Part shown: piece after piece, positions 59,952 through 64,000 of the stretch | Position numbering within the stretch: position 1 is the stretch's first letter | How the letters are laid out: every line of letters starts with the position of its first letter | NCBI GenBank assembly: GCA_965226495.1 | Contig: OZ245365.1 | Span: 5,152,001 to 5,216,000 of the forward strand | Direction of reading: 5' to 3' | Length of the DNA stretch: 64,000 nucleotides | DNA from: Candidatus Marinacidobacterales bacterium | Lineage (GTDB): Bacteria > Acidobacteriota > Vicinamibacteria > Marinacidobacterales > DATDRI01 | Made by a program: the position numbers and the translations under genes | Notes under the pieces: generated by a model | Database searches by the model: none | Seen by the model: only the letters and a program-made list of their open reading frames with translations | Told to the model about the DNA's origin: nothing

Positions 59952-61268
59952 CTACCGTCCGGAAGCCCGGCTGCTACCGGCGATATCGTTTCGGTAGACG
60001 GTTCCCCCCTTCATGACGAGCTGAATCTGTCGAAGGGCAGAGATGTCTTTCGTGGGATCGCTCGGCACCGCCAAGATATCCGCGTACTTGCCGACTTCGA
60101 GAGAGCCGGTGTCCTTGTCGGCATCGAGGAGCTTCGCCGGCGCAATCGTCGCGCTCCGCAAAGCTTGGGTCGGCGTCATCCCCGCCGCCACGTAGTATTC
60201 GATCTCCCGGATCGTGGCCGTTGTGCCGTCAATCGGCTCCGAGGGTAGGAAGTCTGTGCCCAGAGCAATGTCGAGCCCTTCCGCGATCGCCGTCCGGAGA
60301 GACTGCCAATGCGTTTTCCCGACCGTTTCGCGACGAGCCATGTACCAGGGAGGAGACCCTTGTTGTTCGAAGAAGGGTGTGCTCGCAGGCTGAGTCACGG
60401 TGATGGTTGGAACAAGCCAAACTCCGTTCGCCTTCATCTTTAATAGGGTCTCACGATCGACCATATAGGCATGTTCGATGCAGTCGATGCCCGCGTCGAC
60501 CGCCAAGCTCGTCGCGTTCGAAGAGCCCGAATGCGCGGTTACTTTTCGACCGAAGCGATGAGCGGCGTCGATCACCGCTTCGATCTCCTCGGGTGTCATC
60601 AGGGCATCGGCAATGTCACCTCCCGGAGTCGAGATGCCGCCGGACGTGAAGATCTTGATCCAAACCGCCCCATCGGCGACCCGACTGCGGACCGCCTTGA
60701 TGAGCTCATAAGGACCATCATAAGTCTCCGCCCCACTGTCGCTGCCGTGCCCCGCCGTGATCGGCAAGCCCTCGCCCGCGCTGTATATGCGCGGCCCCTC
60801 CGCTTGACCTTTGGCGATCGCCTTCTTGAGGGCCAGAGCCGCCCCTTGCTTGTCACCGGGCGATCGAATCGTCGTCACACCCGACAAGAGAACTGCGCGC
60901 CCATTAGCGGCGACCCGCAATGCCAGCTCCGTCGTCTTTTCATTGGCCAGCTCGGCCCGCTGCGCCGCCATGATGACACCGAGGTGCGTGTGCATATTCA
61001 TGAGGCCAGGAACGAGCCACATGCCGTCGGCGCGAATGACTTCTGCACCCGCCGGAATACGCGTACTGCCTGATGGGCCGATCGCGGAGATTCGCTCTCC
61101 TTCGATCACCACTACGCCATCCCCGACCGCGGAGCCGCCGTCGAGGTCCACGATGCTCGCCCCGACGATCGCCTTCACTTGAGACTGCGCCGTGTGCGGC
61201 GACAAGAAAACAACTGCCGCCACAAATAACCCGATTGAAACGTTCCGAACTCGTCGCATTTCCATCAC
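59952..61268 (-). CDS. Exported amidohydrolase, copy 2
   Basis: NMHTH, WIK, AHS, IEHA, GTD. Confidence 0.9.
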   Translation of the reverse strand: MMEMRRVRNVSIGLFVAAVVFLSPHTAQSQVKAIVGASIVDLDGGSAVGDGVVVIEGERISAIGPSGSTRIPAGAEVIRADGMWLVPGLMNMHTHLGVIMAAQRAELANEKTTELALRVAANGRAVLLSGVTTIRSPGDKQGAALALKKAIAKGQAEGPRIYSAGEGLPITAGHGSDSGAETYDGPYELIKAVRSRVADGAVWIKIFTSGGISTPGGDIADALMTPEEIEAVIDAAHRFGRKVTAHSGSSNATSLAVDAGIDCIEHAYMVDRETLLKMKANGVWLVPTITVTQPASTPFFEQQGSPPWYMARRETVGKTHWQSLRTAIAEGLDIALGTDFLPSEPIDGTTATIREIEYYVAAGMTPTQALRSATIAPAKLLDADKDTGSLEVGKYADILAVPSDPTKDISALRQIQLVMKGGTVYRNDIAGSSRASGR

Positions 61269-61283
61269 CCGCCTTGCTTTTCT

Positions 61284-62579
61284 CTATTGGCCGGAAGCTC
61301 GACTTCCGGTAGCCATGTCGTTACGGTAAATCTCGCCGCCCTTCATCACGAACTGAATCTGGCGAAGAGCCCTAATGTCCGCCGTCGGATCACTCGGCAC
61401 CGCCAAGATGTCCGCGTACTTGCCGATTTCGAGTGAGCCGATGTCCTTTTCGGCTTCGAGAAGCCTCGCCGGCTCGATCGTCGCTGCTCGCAACGCCTGA
61501 AGCGGTGTCATCCCCGCCTTCACGTAAAGCTCGGCCTCGACCACGGTGGCGGTCGTCCCGTTAACGGGCTCTGCCGGTAGGAAGTCGGTCCCCAACGCAA
61601 TGTTGACGCCCTCTTCGATGGCCATCTGGATCGCCTTCAAGTGGAGCTTCCCCACCTCTTCCCGGCGAGCCTTGTACCAATTCGGCAAATCGAACGTCTC
61701 GTGGAGCGCGTTCGTCTCTGGCTGCGTCACCACCATCGTCGGCACGAGCCAGACACCGTTCGCCCTCATGTGGACCAGCGTCTCACGATCGAGCATGTAG
61801 CCGTGTTCGATGCAGTCGATACCCAAATCGACCGCCGTCATCGTCGCCTTCGGCGAGCCGGAGTGCGCGGTCACCTTTCGTCCGAATCGATGGGCGGCGT
61901 CGATCACCGCCTCGATCTCATCAGGCGTCATGAGGGCTTCGCCTATCTCGCCGCCGGTAGAATTGATGCCCCCGGAGATCATGATCTTGATCCAGACAGC
62001 GCCAGCGGCAACACGGCTGCGGACCGCCTCGACGAGCTCATCGGGCCCGTCGTAGGTTCTCCTCACGTTTCTGCTGCCGTGGCCAGCCGTGATCGCAATT
62101 CCCTCGCCGGCACTGAAGATGCGCGGACCGATGGCCTCGCCTTTGTCGATGGCTTTCTTGATCGCGATCGCCGCCTCGCGCCGATCTCCCGGAGGCCTTA
62201 CGGTTGTCACTCCCGAGAGGAGCGCTTGGCGCACGTTGTCGGCGGCGCGGAGTGTGAGCTCGGTGTCCTTTTCGTTCCTCAGCTCGGCTTCCATCGGTCC
62301 AGGCATCATGTAACCGAAGTGGTGGTGCATGTTCATCAGACCAGGAATGAGCCACATGCCGTCGGCTCGAATCACTTCCGCACCGGCGGGTACACGCGTA
62401 CCCCCGGACGGACCGATGGCGGAAATCCGTTCGCCCTCGATGACGACCACCGCGTCTCGAACTGGAGCGCCACCGTCGAGACTCACGACGTTCGCGCCGA
62501 CGATCACCTTCACCTGAGATTGTGCCGTCAGCGGGGCCAGCAAGATGAATGTTGCAGCAGACAGAAGAATTTTTAGCAT
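61284..62579 (-). CDS. Exported amidohydrolase, copy 3
   Basis: NMHHH, WIK, AHS, IEHG, GTD. Confidence 0.9.
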   Translation of the reverse strand: MLKILLSAATFILLAPLTAQSQVKVIVGANVVSLDGGAPVRDAVVVIEGERISAIGPSGGTRVPAGAEVIRADGMWLIPGLMNMHHHFGYMMPGPMEAELRNEKDTELTLRAADNVRQALLSGVTTVRPPGDRREAAIAIKKAIDKGEAIGPRIFSAGEGIAITAGHGSRNVRRTYDGPDELVEAVRSRVAAGAVWIKIMISGGINSTGGEIGEALMTPDEIEAVIDAAHRFGRKVTAHSGSPKATMTAVDLGIDCIEHGYMLDRETLVHMRANGVWLVPTMVVTQPETNALHETFDLPNWYKARREEVGKLHLKAIQMAIEEGVNIALGTDFLPAEPVNGTTATVVEAELYVKAGMTPLQALRAATIEPARLLEAEKDIGSLEIGKYADILAVPSDPTADIRALRQIQFVMKGGEIYRNDMATGSRASGQ

Positions 62580-62592
62580 TGCGATACCGCCT

Positions 62593-63897
62593 TTATCGGC
62601 CCGAGTCTCGACCGCGGGTAGCCATTTCGTTGCGATACACCTCGCCGCCCTTCATCACGAACTGAATCTGACGAAGGGCCTTGATGTCTTCGGTGGGATC
62701 CATCGGCACCGCTAAGATGTCCGCGTACTTGCCGACTTCGATGGAGCCAATGTCCTTATCGGCACCGAGCAGCTTGGCGGTTTCGATGGTCCCCGCTCGC
62801 AGGGCCTGGGTCGTCGTCATACCGGCTTCGAAGTAGTACTGAATCTCTCGAATCGTCGCCGTCGTCCCATCGTTGGGCTCGTACGGCATTTGGTCGGTGC
62901 CAACCGCGACGTTGACTCCCACTTCAATAGCCGTCTGGAGTGCCTTCCAGTGAACCTTTCCCACCGAGTCCCGGCGTTTCAGATACCAGTCGGGAGAACC
63001 GATCTTCTCGAAGAAAGGCGCGGTGGCCGGCTGACTGACGACGATCGTAGGCACCAGCCACACCCCGTTCGCCTTCATCTTCTCGAGCGTGGGGCGATCC
63101 AAGAAATACCCATGCTCGATGCAGTCGATGCCCAGGTCGACGGCGGTTGACGTGGCCTGCGGCGAGCCGGAGTGCGCCGTTACCTTGCGCCCGAAACGGT
63201 GCGCGACGTCGATCACCGCTTCCATCTCCGCCGGGGTCATCGTGGCTTCGGCAATGTCGCCACCCCGGGTCGAGATGCCACCAGAAATGAGAATCTTGAT
63301 CCAACTGGCCCCTGCGGCAACCCGTTCGCGGACCGCCTTGGTGAGCTCGTCAGGACCATCGTAGGTCCGCCTTACCCCGCGGCTACCGTGCCCCGCGGTG
63401 ATGGGGACCGATTCGCCAGCGCTGAAAATGCGGGGACCCACAGCCTGTCCCTTCTTGATAGCCTTATCGAGAGCGATCGCCGTCTCACGCTTGTCTCCCG
63501 GAGCCCTTATGGTTGTCACACCCGATAGAAGAGCTAGCCGTGCGTTATACGCAACCCGAAGTGCTTTCTCGGTCTCCTTTTCATTGGCCAGCTCGGCCTG
63601 CATCTTCCCGGGCAGCATCAGCGCGAAGTGGGTGTGCATGTTCATGAGGCCCGGAGTGAGCCACATGCCATCGGCGCGAATGACCTCCGCCCCGGTGGGA
63701 ACCGGCGTACTCCCCGCCGGACCGATTGCGGAAATCCGCTCGCCTTCGATCACCACGACGGCATCTCGGATCGCAGGCCCGCCATCGAGATCGACGACGT
63801 TGGCGCCGACGATAGCCTTTGTTTGACACTGCGCTGCCTGTGGCGATAACAGTGCCGCCGCAGTAAGAACTATGAAAGCGTTCTGAATTCGTTGCAT
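62593..63897 (-). CDS. Exported amidohydrolase, copy 4
   Basis: NMHTH, WIK, AHS, IEHG, GTD. Confidence 0.9.
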   Translation of the reverse strand: MQRIQNAFIVLTAAALLSPQAAQCQTKAIVGANVVDLDGGPAIRDAVVVIEGERISAIGPAGSTPVPTGAEVIRADGMWLTPGLMNMHTHFALMLPGKMQAELANEKETEKALRVAYNARLALLSGVTTIRAPGDKRETAIALDKAIKKGQAVGPRIFSAGESVPITAGHGSRGVRRTYDGPDELTKAVRERVAAGASWIKILISGGISTRGGDIAEATMTPAEMEAVIDVAHRFGRKVTAHSGSPQATSTAVDLGIDCIEHGYFLDRPTLEKMKANGVWLVPTIVVSQPATAPFFEKIGSPDWYLKRRDSVGKVHWKALQTAIEVGVNVAVGTDQMPYEPNDGTTATIREIQYYFEAGMTTTQALRAGTIETAKLLGADKDIGSIEVGKYADILAVPMDPTEDIKALRQIQFVMKGGEVYRNEMATRGRDSGR

Positions 63898-63927
63898 GTC
63901 AATTCTTCCTTTACCGGCTTGCCCGGT

Positions 63928-64000
63928 CTACCGGCCCGAAGCCCGAGCTCCCGTAGCCATGTCGTTGCGGTACACTTCGCCGCCCTTCATCACGAACTGA
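63928..64000 (-). CDS. 3' end of amidohydrolase copy 5 (partial)
   Basis: QFVMKGGEVYRNDMATGARASGR* matches the paralog C-termini. Confidence 0.85.
   Translation of the reverse strand, partial: QFVMKGGEVYRNDMATGARASGR

Overview
GC-rich bacterial chromosomal window, probably Acidobacteriota (inferred from the acidobacterial-type VWA protein, an ADOP/MacB-like permease remnant, many Ser/Thr kinases and an ECF remnant). Left to right: divergent sigma54 promoters driving a REC-GGDEF / CHASE2 histidine kinase / REC-DUF4388 / LysM-FecR-FN3 operon; VWA and FHA genes; osmoprotectant and Zn/Mn ABC transporters; a GH20 hexosaminidase; five GT4 glycosyltransferases with a coiled-coil protein and a UbiA-family transferase; STAS, pta, rpsU, purD, purE and an M1 aminopeptidase. 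A ~16 kb Ser/Thr-kinase-rich accessory region (30.3-46.7 kb) holds a shuffled, inverted gene mosaic bounded by a perfect 18-bp inverted repeat, an ORF6N + DUF222-HNH pair with in-gene palindromes, and two copies of a phased 20/21-bp repeat element. Then come a B12 radical SAM, a GH13_18 phosphorylase, a TPR-cNMP protein, vapBC, two pairs of exported hypothetical proteins, rlmN and a tandem array of at least five exported amidohydrolases. No rRNA, tRNA, CRISPR array, transposase or recombinase was seen. Several small frameshifts (ubiA-like gene, pta, M1 peptidase, nucleotidyltransferase) may be sequencing errors, so rearrangement-type findings need read-level checks. All family assignments come from motif recognition, not database searches.
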